Positions 1 to 13,082 of a DNA stretch of 64,000 bases are shown here, piece after piece. How positions within the stretch are numbered: the stretch's first letter is position 1; each line of letters opens with the position of its first letter. Location: assembly GCA_002633005.1 (NCBI GenBank), contig NMRA01000735.1, positions 110,006-174,005 on the forward strand, written 5' to 3'. The DNA comes from Phoronis australis. Taxonomy: Eukaryota > Animalia > Phoronida. The notes below the pieces were generated by a model that did no database searches, was not told where the DNA came from, and saw only the letters and a program-made list of their open reading frames with translations. The position numbers and the translations under genes are program-made.

Positions 1-2699
1 AATAAATGACACTATCGCGTCCGGTTACACATGGTTTCGTGACAATCCTTTTACCCCTTCATTTGTTATTCTTTGCACTATTTCAGTATTTCCTTTTGCA
101 CTTTGTACATGAAAGTCTCCAGCTTATGCTCTATTGTGGCATATCTGCATTATTTTATTTCCATATGAGAATGAATCAAACATGTTTCGAAATCTTGTGT
201 ACCTTTTAATAATGTCTCTTGGTTAGTTACTTCATCAATGTTCCGTCGAGTGTAGAGTTTTATTCCAAACATATGAACAGAACGGAATAAAGACTGTCAG
301 TAACGAAAAGAGTCGTGTGTTTAATCAATACTACGGGTCGGATAATCAAATGTCCACGATTGCGGAAGGAATACAAACAGATACTAGTAGGTGAACGGCC
401 GTCTAGCGGCACCTCGTTTGATAAATTCACCCATTTGAGTGTGACGTTAACGTGTACATGTATATTACTCCATATACTGTAGTAACATCAACTTTTATTT
501 TGCAATGAGTTTGTCGGGTTCACCACGTGTTGTAGAAAAAACAATACTAAAATCTTCTATCGCGTCAAACTTCAATGCTGTGTGAATAGTCGCTGGCATC
601 TTTGTAATGGTGTCCGTCGCATTTCGCGTTGGTTGCATTCAAGGTACGCCTGAAATAGTCAGTTTTGCACAATTCGAACATAGATCTAGTCCTCTTAGCC
701 ACTCCCTGAGATGATTGATGGCTGAAATCACTTAATTCCACGATTAGGTGTGCGTAAATTTAGAACTTTAGGTTAACTCAATCAATCTCGATTTGAAATA
801 AAAACAAATCTGTGTACGATTTTCAATATGAACAAGGCCACATAAAATCTATATTTTTTCTAAAGTTATTCAATTTTTGTATCAGTATTTCTTACAGTCA
901 CATATTCTTCAGGCAATTTGAACCACCTCAGAATTCCATTCATATTTAAGTGTTTCACATGTGGCACACGACCAACTCAACAAAGAAATCTCCGAACATG
1001 ATCAACTTCTCTATCACGGCTGATATTGCAGGGTTGAACATAAAAATTCTGCAGTTTTGCGCGTGCGTTTGAACACACGAGCGTTAAAGCTTCGGTGACA
1101 AGCTTGAAACTCAGATGCAAAAGAAGCGGAGAAAACTTAACGTCGAGAAAATATTCAGTCGTTCACGGTGAGAATGACTGATGCGTGATTGGTTGAACGA
1201 AGCTTTTCTTACACTGGGAGTGATGCTCCCCGTATAAGCCAATCAAAATGTGGAGGAGGGATTTAAAATGGTATAAATAAAACCTTGGTGCAATGGTTAT
1301 TCCGTACGGCATACACAACAGTGGTGAGTCTGCAGGTAAGAATTTAATGTTCACTGAATAGGGCTGCACAGTTTTAGACTAGTGAAAAAACACGTTCCTT
1401 AAAACTCCGTCAGATGTGTCCGACTTGCAGTAAAAATCGTTCCTTGTAACGTGGAACGGAAAATCACGTATTGTATTCAATGAGCGTGACCTAATGCGTT
1501 CGCGTAGATTTTCCAAAACAGTCCCCGAAGAAAGAACACTATTTGTTATGCAAACTGTACTCTTCGTCAAAATTTCTGATCTTTTCTGATAGAATGTCAT
1601 GCAAACACTAGAAGATTAAACAGGACCAATATTTTGAAATATTTCCTGTAGTTAGCCTATGTTGTGGTCGCCGCTTGTAAGGGCCAGTGAAGACGGAGAC
1701 CCTAAACGCATTTGTTATATTTTAGAACACAAAATAGAAAATACAGCTAAAAATATTACACCTTGTGAACGAAATTATTGAATTCTAAAAGCGCAACACA
1801 CCATGTGTTTCCTTTGGAATTCCTACTGAACACAATCTTTTTGTTATTCCAGGGGTCCTGATCATTAAGTGTTTAAATGATGGTGATAGTAATCTCGTTA
1901 GGTTGTCTAGCTTGTTTTTGGCAATAAATTAAATTGAAACGTTATGCATGGCCTGGCCATTAAATTTGTCTGACTACAATCCAAGCAAACGATGAGGACC
2001 AAGCACAGGAAGACTTGCTATTGTAACAGCTAGCTTTTTTCTGTTCGCGGTTGGAGACATGACGGGCACTGATCATAATTACGATGTCATAGATATCTCA
2101 TTAGTTTTGTGGCAACTCTTTAAACAATTCTTTGATCATCCGTTGAAGAGTGAGTACATGCATATGAGGCTTTGTAAACAAGCCGTTTAATATGTTTCGC
2201 GTAGTGTTCATGTAGCAATTTGCTTTCTTATATCAAAATGAAAACCTGTCGTTTTACATACACTGTATTTAGTACACATGTATAAGGGTGAACTCGTTGC
2301 ACCAGCACACCATGGAAAACCAACAACGCAAAGCAATCCTGCAGACAACAAAAGATGTATAGGCAAAGTATTAGTCATCAACACCTCTTTATGTCAATTA
2401 CATACCACAGGAGAACAATACTGCACTTCTGCTTCTAATACAGACGACTGAACCCTTATTTTACATCGTTCCGCAGTGTGTTCTTACACACAAAAACATT
2501 ATTTAACGGAAACATTTACCAATCTACACTAACATGAAGTGAAAAACAAAAGTCACTCAAATACTTAAGGCAACGAGCATTTTGCATCATTGTGGTATTG
2601 TGCCATTTAAAATATACAGTCGAGAATATTTTTTCATTTATTCCTTTAATACATGTACCTGAATCCTTGCTGTTAATACAAAAAAATATCTTTCACACA

Positions 2700-3780
2700 A
2701 AAATCTTGTTACGTGATAAACGTAGGTCTCGTTGTATCGTTTTAAATCTTAGAACGATACAGCTATTAGAACGAGACGCACGCTGCAACGCTGTAACTTC
2801 TTGGAACGAGACAGCGTGCCTAACGCAAGTGCCGTGGCATTGTTTTGTTTCAAAAATTAAAAACTATACAGTGAGGTGAGCGAGACACACTGTGTAACGT
2901 TGCAAAATCTTATAGCACAATACAGCATGATAAACACAAGTCTGGCTGTATCGTGTTAAAGACTAGAACTGCACAGCAAGTAAAGACGTACGCTTTAACG
3001 CTGGAACCCTGAGAACAATGCAGTGTGACAAACGGTAGTCTCCCTGCACTCGTTTTAAATTCTAGGATGATACAGAGAGATGAACGACACCCACGATTTA
3101 ACGTTGCAATGCTTAGAACGATAAAGCGTGACAGACGTGCATTAAGTCTTGCTGTATCGTTGTAAAAATCAGGACATTACAGAAAATTGAACGAGACGCA
3201 CGCAGTAACGTTATACATTGTAGCTGTTAACGATACAGGATGACAAACACGCGTCACGTTGTGTCGTTTTAAAGTCTACAATGGTACACCAAGCTGAACA
3301 AGACGCAAGTTGTCACGTTGTTACCTGCTTAGAAGGACACATCGTGACAAACTGGCGTCTCTGTTGTGTCGTTTTTAAGTCTAGAACCGTAATACAACAT
3401 CTGGAACGAGACGCACGACTTTACGCAGTAAACACAAGTAAACACAGGTACCTTTAATACGACCTCGACGATATCCTATTGTAAAGATAAAGGTAAATAC
3501 AACTACAGTCCAATTTTCCAGCGCGCCTGGCACTTTCGGAATAAATCAAAACATGTCAAAGATGGAAGTAATTTAACTCACACAATTTATCTGTGACTGC
3601 CACACACAGCCGGACAAACGCGCGTCTTGTTGCATCGTTTTAAATTGTAGAATGGTACAACGAGCAGAATGAAACGCATGCTTTATCGTCGTCACTCTTA
3701 AAAAGATACAGCGTGACAAACACAAGGATGTTGTACTGTTTTAAAGTCTAGAACGATACAGCGAGTGAGCCGAAATTCAT
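2700..3780. repeat. Degenerate tandem repeat, ~105-110 bp units containing palindromic gtatcgtt...aacgatac motifs
   Basis: Recurrent gtatcgttttaaatcttagaacgatacag-like and gaacgagacgcacg motifs at ~2735, 2950, 3050, 3155, 3262, 3367, 3632, 3735. Inverted copies at 52780-52965. Confidence 0.7.
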
Positions 3781-5999
3781 GTTCTAACCAAGGGGTGTAG
3801 TAGAGTAGGAGAGTTCACTCCGCCATTTTACCATCACCGCAATGGTTACAGGTCGAAACTCTAGTGCTCCAAGCGGTGAATAATCAGCACTTAGGAGCGC
3901 AGTCCGAACAATGTAAACACTCATGTATTCATAATTTAATGACATTCAACGTGCAATAAAATTACTGTGTGATTGAAAATGGTTAGAATACATAAACCAA
4001 CATCCACTTACAAGAGAATGAGAAAGAAAATGTGTATTTTAAACAATATTAAAACGTATTTGTTTTTCTTCTCTTGAAGCTCCCTTCAAAAGCCATCATG
4101 GTTTTTTTCATGATTGAGTTCTTACCAAGGTAATTATCGTTCTTATAACAGTTCATACCCCCATGGACTACATAATTTGAATGATTGCTCCTGGGGGTTC
4201 AGAGGGGAATTCCTCCCAGGTGCCAGCTACTGTAAGGGGGTACCAGGCAGAAACCAGGTGGGCGCCAAATGTGTGTTGCCCCCCTCCCAGGGGGGTTACA
4301 TGGCAGGAGCGCTAAACAGGTAAAAACCAGTGGGTATGTATGCCACATGGGTGTTGAGCCCCTCCCATCGTCACACATTTTGATTGCTCCCCTGACCATT
4401 GACAAACATGTTGCTCCCAGCTCATTGCTGGTTTCATCTCCACCCAGCAATTTCGCATGTCTTCCCTATTCAATGCACCAGGCTACTAGCTATGTAGACA
4501 ATTGTCTTGTGCAGTGGGTGTTACCCAAGTGAGAAGAAGAAAGCAAGGCAATTCACCACTACCACAAAATCGTAATACAATTTTAGAACATTCCATTATT
4601 TCTTAGACATGCCAGTATAGGGTAAACTCAATATCACTCTCCTACTCACTAACAGTTAAAAGTCAGTTGCTAATCTGTGGAATAGCTCACAACTAACAAA
4701 ACGTAGTAACATTGGGTGTATCATCAATCATAGCAAGTCAAAGTTCAAAAGGTCACGACAAAAAATTGTACTGAACAGCAATCAAAATATTCACTACCCA
4801 GGTAGCTTCATACAAAACTGAATTAAATATACCCACTGTTCATGTAAGTTACAGCCAGACCACAAGATCATATCTGATGCCTAGCCTCAACTGGGGCTTA
4901 AATTAATCACAATCTCCAAAAACGTACAAAATAGGCAACACATACACCAACCAATACAACAAGAAAATCTGAACAACCTTGTCACTCTCTATTAATTCAC
5001 TAGTAAACAACAGCACTTTTTGCCAAAGAATTGCGTTATAAATATCGCTGGAAATTAATTTACTCACAGGGGTTTTTGTCATCGAAAAGCATGATACGGA
5101 TAGCTTGGGCTTAACAAAATTTAAGCCCACCGTTCAGATTCTGAATGATCAATCAGTTTCACTTTGGCTCTCTCCAAATCACAGGCTAACCATTCAGCTG
5201 AAAAACGCGGGAATACTGTTGGGTTGGTAGACTTCATGGGATTATTAGGTTAAAACAGACCCATGAATTTAAATTATTACGCCGTTTATCAACTGGTATT
5301 TAGAGTGTTAGGCTGCAACTGCAGGGCTTACAGGTTTGACGCCATGCTGAAACAGATGTCCAGCAGACAGCTGCTTTTCTCGACGATAATGTTCTTTCAA
5401 TCACAGCGTCAAATTGCCTCAAGTGACCACTTTTCATTTTACTGTCCAGTTTTACCCTTAGTTATTTTTCGCGCAATACCTTTGACAGAGAAATTTACAC
5501 GTGTTACCAGAATAACAACAACGACAACAATACACAATATAGAAAATAAACCGTCAAAAACCGTTCCTGACAAATGTACAATAGTATTTGGGCAAAAGCA
5601 GGTTTTCCTTGCCATGTTTTAGGAAAGGCTGGTTGTTTCCTGACGAAATTCACCCAAAAACCAATACCATGATTTTGCATGGCTGGCAAATACATGTAAT
5701 GGGTTGCATTTTGTGATCTGTGTTGTGAATGCACCGTAAAAGCCTGTATTTCCGGAGTTCACGTGCATAGTCAAAAAATACAGTCCTTGAAAGATGATGA
5801 GACTATAACAGGTTACCTTATGACTTTGTCAATTACTGGTTATCAAAGTTGCAAAATAATTGTTCATGTACATGACGTGTGCATGATCGCAAACGTGATT
5901 TACAGCAATTATGTGGACACGTCCATAGTGATTATCACTGGATATTGGCCAAAGACATTTGACAGATAAATCTGAATTTGCCCGCATCTTTCTGCATGT

Positions 6000-7650
6000 A
6001 CATTGAAAACTAATATTGTTCCCAAAAATGTGTATTTATTGAAGAATTTAAGTGGTCCGTGTATTCGCCTCCGTCAAGAAGGTCAAGGCAGGTCGTTTCT
6101 ATGGCTGGCATGAACGTTTGTTTGTCCTTCGGAAATCGTTGTCCATTATCACGATATTCGAAGATTAGATGCTCAAGTGTGTGCTTAGCTGTATTTAGAA
6201 GAACCAAACATATTATAAAATGTGAGATATGACTTAACTCTTTTGAACGGCAATTTACGCGTTTCTCAAATATTACGGTAGCAGAGAACAAGAAGAATGC
6301 GTCAAGACGATGACAGCAATGTCTATCAACACTTCTCCGACAATAATGGAACTATTTCCTGTTAGTGCACTTCCAAATTATGATTCTGATACATAAGGCT
6401 GTTTCAGCAGAAGCTGATAATCCTAGAGCCTAATTTGCAAGAAATGTTGGAAATGACGCGTTCTTAGTGCAACGTATGACCAATAAGGCGCCGATGATCT
6501 CACCCATTGCCTATTACATGTACTACATGTAATATTAGAAAATACCGTCGGAAAGACTTGAAATGTGAGAAAACGCATAAAGTCAAGGATCAAAAGGACA
6601 GCGAAAAAATGGTATCTCTGAGCGTGAAAATTGATAAGTCTAGTATCTTATGGCGGAGGATGATTCGTCTGTACTATTGCAACTGAGAATCCTAAGCAAC
6701 GGCGGTTCAAAACGATTTTGCCACTAATGAACGTTGTGCAAAATTTTCCAATAACGGTCTTACAAAGAACCAAAACAAACACAGATCCTACGATTGTTCG
6801 TACGCATTATTGTAATGGTGGGAGAGGGGATAGCGTTTTATCATTGGAAACTTTTCTCAACAAATGGCCACAGGGGTCGCACTTGTTGAAACGGGAAAAA
6901 TCACGCCTCAGATGAAGGATTCCTGCAGGCCTACATAGAAGCATATGACAAAGAACTGTTTCTACATTCATTCATCTCGTAGAAGAGAATGAGCGCAATA
7001 AACAATGAACATAATTATATGTTTGAACGATCAGCATAGTCAGTAGTTTGTTCGCACTGGGTACTGGTACTGGGGCAGTCGAACGAAAAAAAAACGCAGC
7101 GTTAATAATTCCATGTAAATATCGTAGCAAGGTCTGATAAAAACTATCACACAGGCTTCAAAACACTTTTAGGAAATCTATTTGAATGAGCTACGAAAGC
7201 ATGTTTCGACGTATAACTATAGGCAAAGGCATCACTGGTATATCCCTGGAGAAAAACCTTGATTGTTTCTCGTGGACCGTCATTTCCACCAGTTTTTCCT
7301 GGTAATAATCTTCACTTCTCCAAGGTGACCGTGATGATGAAGGTACAATGACTGCAAGCAACATCGCTAGTATTTCCACAATTTATCAACCATGCGGTTA
7401 TTAGGATATCAGACACAGATTTCTCGGTAATCTTGACTGGAACTCTTGGGTAATGAAAGCTACAAACACGATCAACGAACAAAATTACCATAAACTGCGA
7501 AACGGGAAAGTGAAGGACATTGATCAAGATGCTTAATATTGTAAACTTTTTGATAAGCCCTGAGACGGACAAATCTGAGCCCTACCTGGAACCCATGCGT
7601 TCATTGAGTGGGACTACACATCGCCCTTTATCAAGGGCCGAGGCGAATAG
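6000..7650 (+). mobile_element. Highly degenerate Academ-like DNA transposase remnant
   Basis: Frame-broken motifs at ~7310-7645: LQGDRDDEGT (cf. LQGDHEEADT), VIRISDTDFSVILTG (cf. VRxxDTDVxVIL), ALPGTHAFIEWDYTSPFIKGRG (cf. ALPGLHAFTGCDYTSxFxxKGK). Boundaries uncertain. Confidence 0.55.
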
Positions 7651-8779
7651 GCACTGTGGTGATTTCACTTCTAACTGGAACTAAACGAATTGATGCACTG
7701 ATTCTTTTTTACGTGGAAATGGTGTCTGAATAACCTCTTATGATTTTGCTGTTGAAAAATCCTATAATACAAGCATTTGCAATAAAAACTTAATTTTTCC
7801 CCACTTTTGTCAGAACAGTCAAATCAAGTTATTGAATGTTTTTGAGAGTGCAGAGAATTTTGTTCATTGTTTTGGACCGATAGGCATAGCAGCGTTGATG
7901 TTGGTACAGTCTCTGAATTAGCTTATCCGCACAGGGTAGCTTCAAGGATGACGACGATGCCCTGTTTGTCAAACTTATCGACATGATTTTATACTCGTAT
8001 CTCACAGCACAACTCATTCAAAATCGCGACTGCAACTTTTCTTAAATTTTTGTTCAGTGGAATCTACTAGTACATATCTCACGAATTGACGACTGTTTCC
8101 TTGAACAAAGCACTGAAACTGTGTTGTTCCAGTCGACTTTATTGTTTGAAACGAGTTCCACGATGATTGTGAAGTCACCATTCGAAGTTAAAAGGCCTTG
8201 GTGCTTGCTCTTCGTGAACCGTTAGCGGCCCCATGACTCGTGAAGGTTTCCTTTGCGTACATGGCATCATATGATGGGGAGATGTAGTCATGGTAAGATA
8301 GCGCGGAATATTCCAATAGATACAGTGTAACTGAGGTGCCAGATTTGATTTGTGTCGTGTACTGTTTACAATGCGTGGGAACGAGTGGAATTAGGAATAC
8401 ATGTAGGTTAGTTCGTTTGTCTACAATCAGTTGAAGTTGCCTGCCCAGAACATTTGAGATGAAAGTGATTGATACATCAAATTATTTGAATAACTATAAA
8501 GTTATCGAGCAGTATTCACTCTTCGTAAACGACACTTCTCGAACAGTTTTGATCTTTTATTTTGACTTCCTTTGGTCTCCCATGTTCGAAATTCTCTGGC
8601 ATGTAGCAGTTGTGCCAGCTGGAGTGATCCTGAACATGTTGAAATTGGTGTCAACCAGTCACCTGGTGAGTTAATGTTTAACTCAACTCGCAGGTTTGGA
8701 GTTCCTGGCAGGGATAACCCATCACAGAAACTATCTGCCAAATATACGTGGTTATATGTCGAATATTTTGGTGCTAGTT

Positions 8780-9905
8780 TCATGTGGTAACTTCTTGGGG
8801 ACTTCCTTATTTGGCAAAGGCACCACACCACTGAAATTTTCGGTCGTAAAACGGTTATGTTATGTAGAATGATGCTGAACGTTATGTAGTTTGCTTCAAT
8901 TGATTACATTGTATCTGTTGGGTTGATCTAGCTCAACTCTTGGGTTTAGGCATGCCTGGTGGGGTTGCACGGAAATTGTCTAGCAGTGTTATTTCAAGAT
9001 GCACGAGGTAATTTTGAAAATTTCGCAATCATTTTTATGCAGTTTCCTTTTGGGTTCATTTAGCTCAACTTTACAACCCCGTTTTTAGCCGGAAGCGTTT
9101 ACCACACCACTGTCATTGCCTGGAATATAACTGCAGCCCCTAAAGGATTTATACACTCCGAAACCCTATAGTCGTCCGCCTAAGCATAAAACCGGCTTGT
9201 TGTCTTACTCACCCAATTATTCCACTTCAAAGTTATGATCTGAATAGGACTTGATTTAACTCTCACAAATATATAGTATTCGTTGATTCAAACGTNTTAA
9301 TTTCGAAAATATCTTCTGAAAATGAACAAAAAAAGTGCATCAGTAAAATCAACAAGTTTTTAAGTGGTCTCAAAAAAACAGTCGGTAAATGCATTAATTT
9401 TAGTCTCAGTTCTTCCACGCGTGTTTCTCCCGAGAGGTTAGTACCTACATGTAACGTGCAGACGAGCGTTCCAAATTGGAACGCTAAGTCCCGCGTGGCA
9501 GCGCTGCACGCGAAACAAGATGGCGGACGACCTTTGGAGACTGACGACGAGAGGTAATCGGACTATACTGGATGTTATACAGTTGGTTCCAACCGGTTAC
9601 ATGGTGGGTTGAGCCAGCTCAACCTGCAGATTTTGGCGTGCCTGGCGAGGGTAATGCATCTTTGAATTTTTCTGACAGTTTTCATCATGATGCATTGTTG
9701 AATTGTTTGTAAACACTTTCAGGTGGTTACCTCTTGGGTTGATCTACGTGTAGATCCACTTTTGCTTTAAGTTAAAACCGCGTGGCTGATATTACCCACC
9801 ACTGAAATTGTCTGGAAATGGATAGTTTTCATACAGTAAATTGAGTAGTGGGTGTTGCTGGCAATTCTATGTGGTTACCAGAAAATTTGATCCAGCTAAA
9901 CTTTC
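8780..9905. repeat. Degenerate array of gggttgatctagctcaac / accacaccactg motifs (probable subterminal repeats of a non-autonomous DNA element)
   Basis: Motif copies at ~8920, 9052, 9606, 9736, 9886. accac(a/c)ccactg at ~8822, 9101, 9794. Confidence 0.45.
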
Positions 9906-11487
9906 CGCCCAGACCCTCCTGACTAAACATTCCTATCATTGGGATACCCATGGATCAGTGCGGCATCAAAAATGACATACATACCTTTTCATGCCCAGAA
10001 ACATTTGGGATCTCGCTGCCTCATTTTAAGAGTCACTGCATGAGAAAGTCAGGCAGATGCGAGAACATGACATGTCACGGATTGTTTGAAGTATACCTTA
10101 TTTTTACTCTTAGGTGGAACGGTCAACACCTTAAATACTTTTATTTTAAAGTACCTAACTTCTTCACAGAAAACTGCCCCTCGAAATTTTTTACTATTTT
10201 GTAGCTTCGGAAACCATCAAATTTGAGCATTTTTGTTGCATAACTGTGCAACAACGATAAATTAACAAAAACTAAGAATGGCATACTGAATAAACACAAC
10301 TTCTGTCTACATGAAAATGTAAAACTCATAGTTGAAACGTATTCGCAAATTATCTACAGTGTATATTTGTTACCTATTCAACCCACCTGAGTCAAGCTGT
10401 GTAACTGGTGGAAATGCCCTTTATTCGATCGTCATTTCTTTTACCGCGCAAAAACACTCAGAAATGTAACACACTACATGTGAAAGCTGAGCCTTTTTAG
10501 AGTGCACATCTATTAAAACATTTGTGGACAGCGACCTGTGTGTCCTGCATGCTTTGATTGAAACCACCCACTTCGCTGATGTCGGTCGACTTGTTCGCCA
10601 TTACTGTCACACTCCCATTAACAAACGAGCAAAATTCTAAACATTTATGACTAACAAAAACGATATCAACAAGATCGTTATGATTTTTCAAAGCTCAAAA
10701 TCGGAATTACATTAAAATTCTCACGGCTAGTGCTCAGAACTTCACAATTAAAGCTGAACCTACGGCCTCAAAACGGTCGGTCCTGTAATGTCTGCTTGAC
10801 GTCTAGTAACGTTAAGGGTTTCCGAAAAAGTAGGAACGTATATTAATACGAGACAAGCCAAAAATCATACTTGATTGAACACATGCAGTTATTGCTAACC
10901 ATACCTTTTAAGTAGCGAAGACCCACGGGGAGCACTGATTCTCTAAGGGTGAAAATTTCCGGGTAGTAATTTTTCTGCTGCTCATCAGATGGCGCACCGG
11001 TTTACCATCTGTTGACAAGTTGTACTCATTACGCAGTGCAGTCAATATTTTAGGGCGCGCCCAAGCGTATAACTTTGAGAAATCCTACATTTTTGGCTAA
11101 CTATTCAATGCACGGAAAACGTATATTGGCTATTGCTATTTCTGTAGGAGTGTTTTCGCCAACATCCACTCAACAGTCCTTGAAGCAACGTTTCAGCCAG
11201 TTGTATTTATAATTATCACCGGGACTTCCATTTTAGTGATGACGATTGCAACGTAGATTCGACGAAGCATTGCAGGTTCTGATCAGAATACTGTACATGT
11301 AGACCAGAAGATTCCAACTGTGATTATAGAACATCCCTAACACATTATGATTTCGAGATGTACACAAAAATACTACATAGGGCTAGCATTGTTATTGGTT
11401 AATCTGGGCATCAGATGTAAACCACTAGCAGATCCAGAATTTCAAAAGTGCAATTGCAGTGGTGCCATGAATTTGAAATACAGGCAG

Positions 11488-13082
11488 ACTACGAAAATGT
11501 CAAATTATTTTACTTAAGGTATATGGGAACTTAAGTGTTTTATTATCTATTACTCAAGTAAACTCTGACTTGCAACACATAGAAAAACACATCAGTGCAG
11601 TATTTATTACCCAGGCAATTTATACAACGCAGCCTTTGGTCATGGTTGACATTGAGCTATGGAAAGGACACTTTAGTTTCCCACCTGTAAGTTGATAATA
11701 GTGCATATGTGTATTATACAAGTGTGGGTGTTAAAGTTGGTTGTGAGCGTTAAGTTTTGGATATCGAAATCTTTGATCAAAAGAAGTTCAAATGAAATCA
11801 TACTATTAGCCTACATCACAATGCAGTTTTTGTCTGTATCATACAAAAACAGGAAAAACGGAAAGTGCCGAAGATTGCATCTCTGGCAGTATGCTTCCAG
11901 GGATGTTGATAATGTGTAATATATAAAATAAAAAACCTCTAAGTGGTGCAGCATACATTATATTCATCTGAAACAAGACAATCGCTGTCACATGTTTGCC
12001 AAATTCCATACATCAAAATACTTGGTTGATACAGAAACGCTAGAGGACACCGCAGCACTCAGATGTCCTAAAATTTATGCCGATCATACTCTCCTAAATA
12101 ACGTAAAACATACATAATATTGCACCCAGATTCATCAACACAACTTTCTAAATATTGCTGTGCAGATAAACAAACAAATTGCCACTCCGGACGTCTCGGT
12201 GATTGCACCCATCAGAAAACCTGTCAGTCGTGATCATCTCAATAGGAACACATGAGCAAAATTTCAGAACTATCCTCCAAGCAATTTCAAAGACAGAGAG
12301 GCTGCTGCCAGAAATAATATTCTTTAGTGGCACAGAATATTTTATTCCAGCCGAAAATACATCAAGAAAATTGGTAGATATAGGGGCATACATAAAGAAA
12401 ACCTAAACTGCCATTGAGCAGTGTTGTAGTGGAGCGTAGGCACAGGTAGGAGCAACCAAACACCTTTTGGCATTTGAACGTAGTGCCTACGCACCATACG
12501 TTACATGTACGTTCAGTGCTCAACGTGATACGGTGGGCTTTGGGCCCCTACTTACCTTTAATTTTACGCCTACAGCACTGCCATTAAAGGGCACCATAGA
12601 AGATCGCCTAGTCAACAATCAGTTTCAGTCGTGCTCATCTCAATGGCAACATTTCTGTACATATTACATATGTACGCCAGGAAGTAGGAAAATGTGGCTG
12701 TCTCCATAACTGAAACTTATTTGCGAAATTTGATGAAAATCAGTCAAGGAACCTGCTAGATAAAGAGACTAACGTGAAGAAGTAAAGTTGCCAATAGGGG
12801 CCCAGTGGTAGTCAAATACATCCCAAAACTGTCTTGTGTCATCTCATTTGTAAAATTTCACATTCACTAAGGATTTGGAGATGAAGCAGCAGATGCCAGA
12901 CAAAAAGACATAATGGGTCTACACACGCATGCTTGTAAACAGTCATACAGAACAAGGCAATTGTAATCAGACAATATAAATCTTTGCCCCATTTGATGGC
13001 TAGTCCTGTTAATGCAAAAATGACTGGTAATAGCTATTAACACAGCTAATTACAGAATGTCTTAGCCACCATACTAACTTTC
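11488..13082 (+). repeat. 1.6-kb dispersed repeat, inverted copy at 33485-35151
   Basis: Continuous reverse-complement alignment (e.g. actacgaaaatgtcaaattattttac; cttagccaccatactaactttc). ORF-track peptides at 12148 and 34236 are homologous. Confidence 0.9.

Noticed and set aside
1992-2150. MRTKHRKTCYCNS* and overlapping signal-like RLAIVTASFFLFAVG ending at a gtgagt donor
   Set aside because: ATG and hydrophobic stretch are in different frames and no second copy supports it.
2700-3780. CRISPR-like reading of the palindromic repeats
   Set aside because: Whole units are degenerate copies with no unique spacers, there are no cas genes, and the context is eukaryotic.
9950-10204. Cys-containing ORF with SHCMRKSGRCENMTC
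   Set aside because: No signal peptide and incomplete Cys pattern. It overlaps a short interspersed repeat also seen at ~32860-32950.
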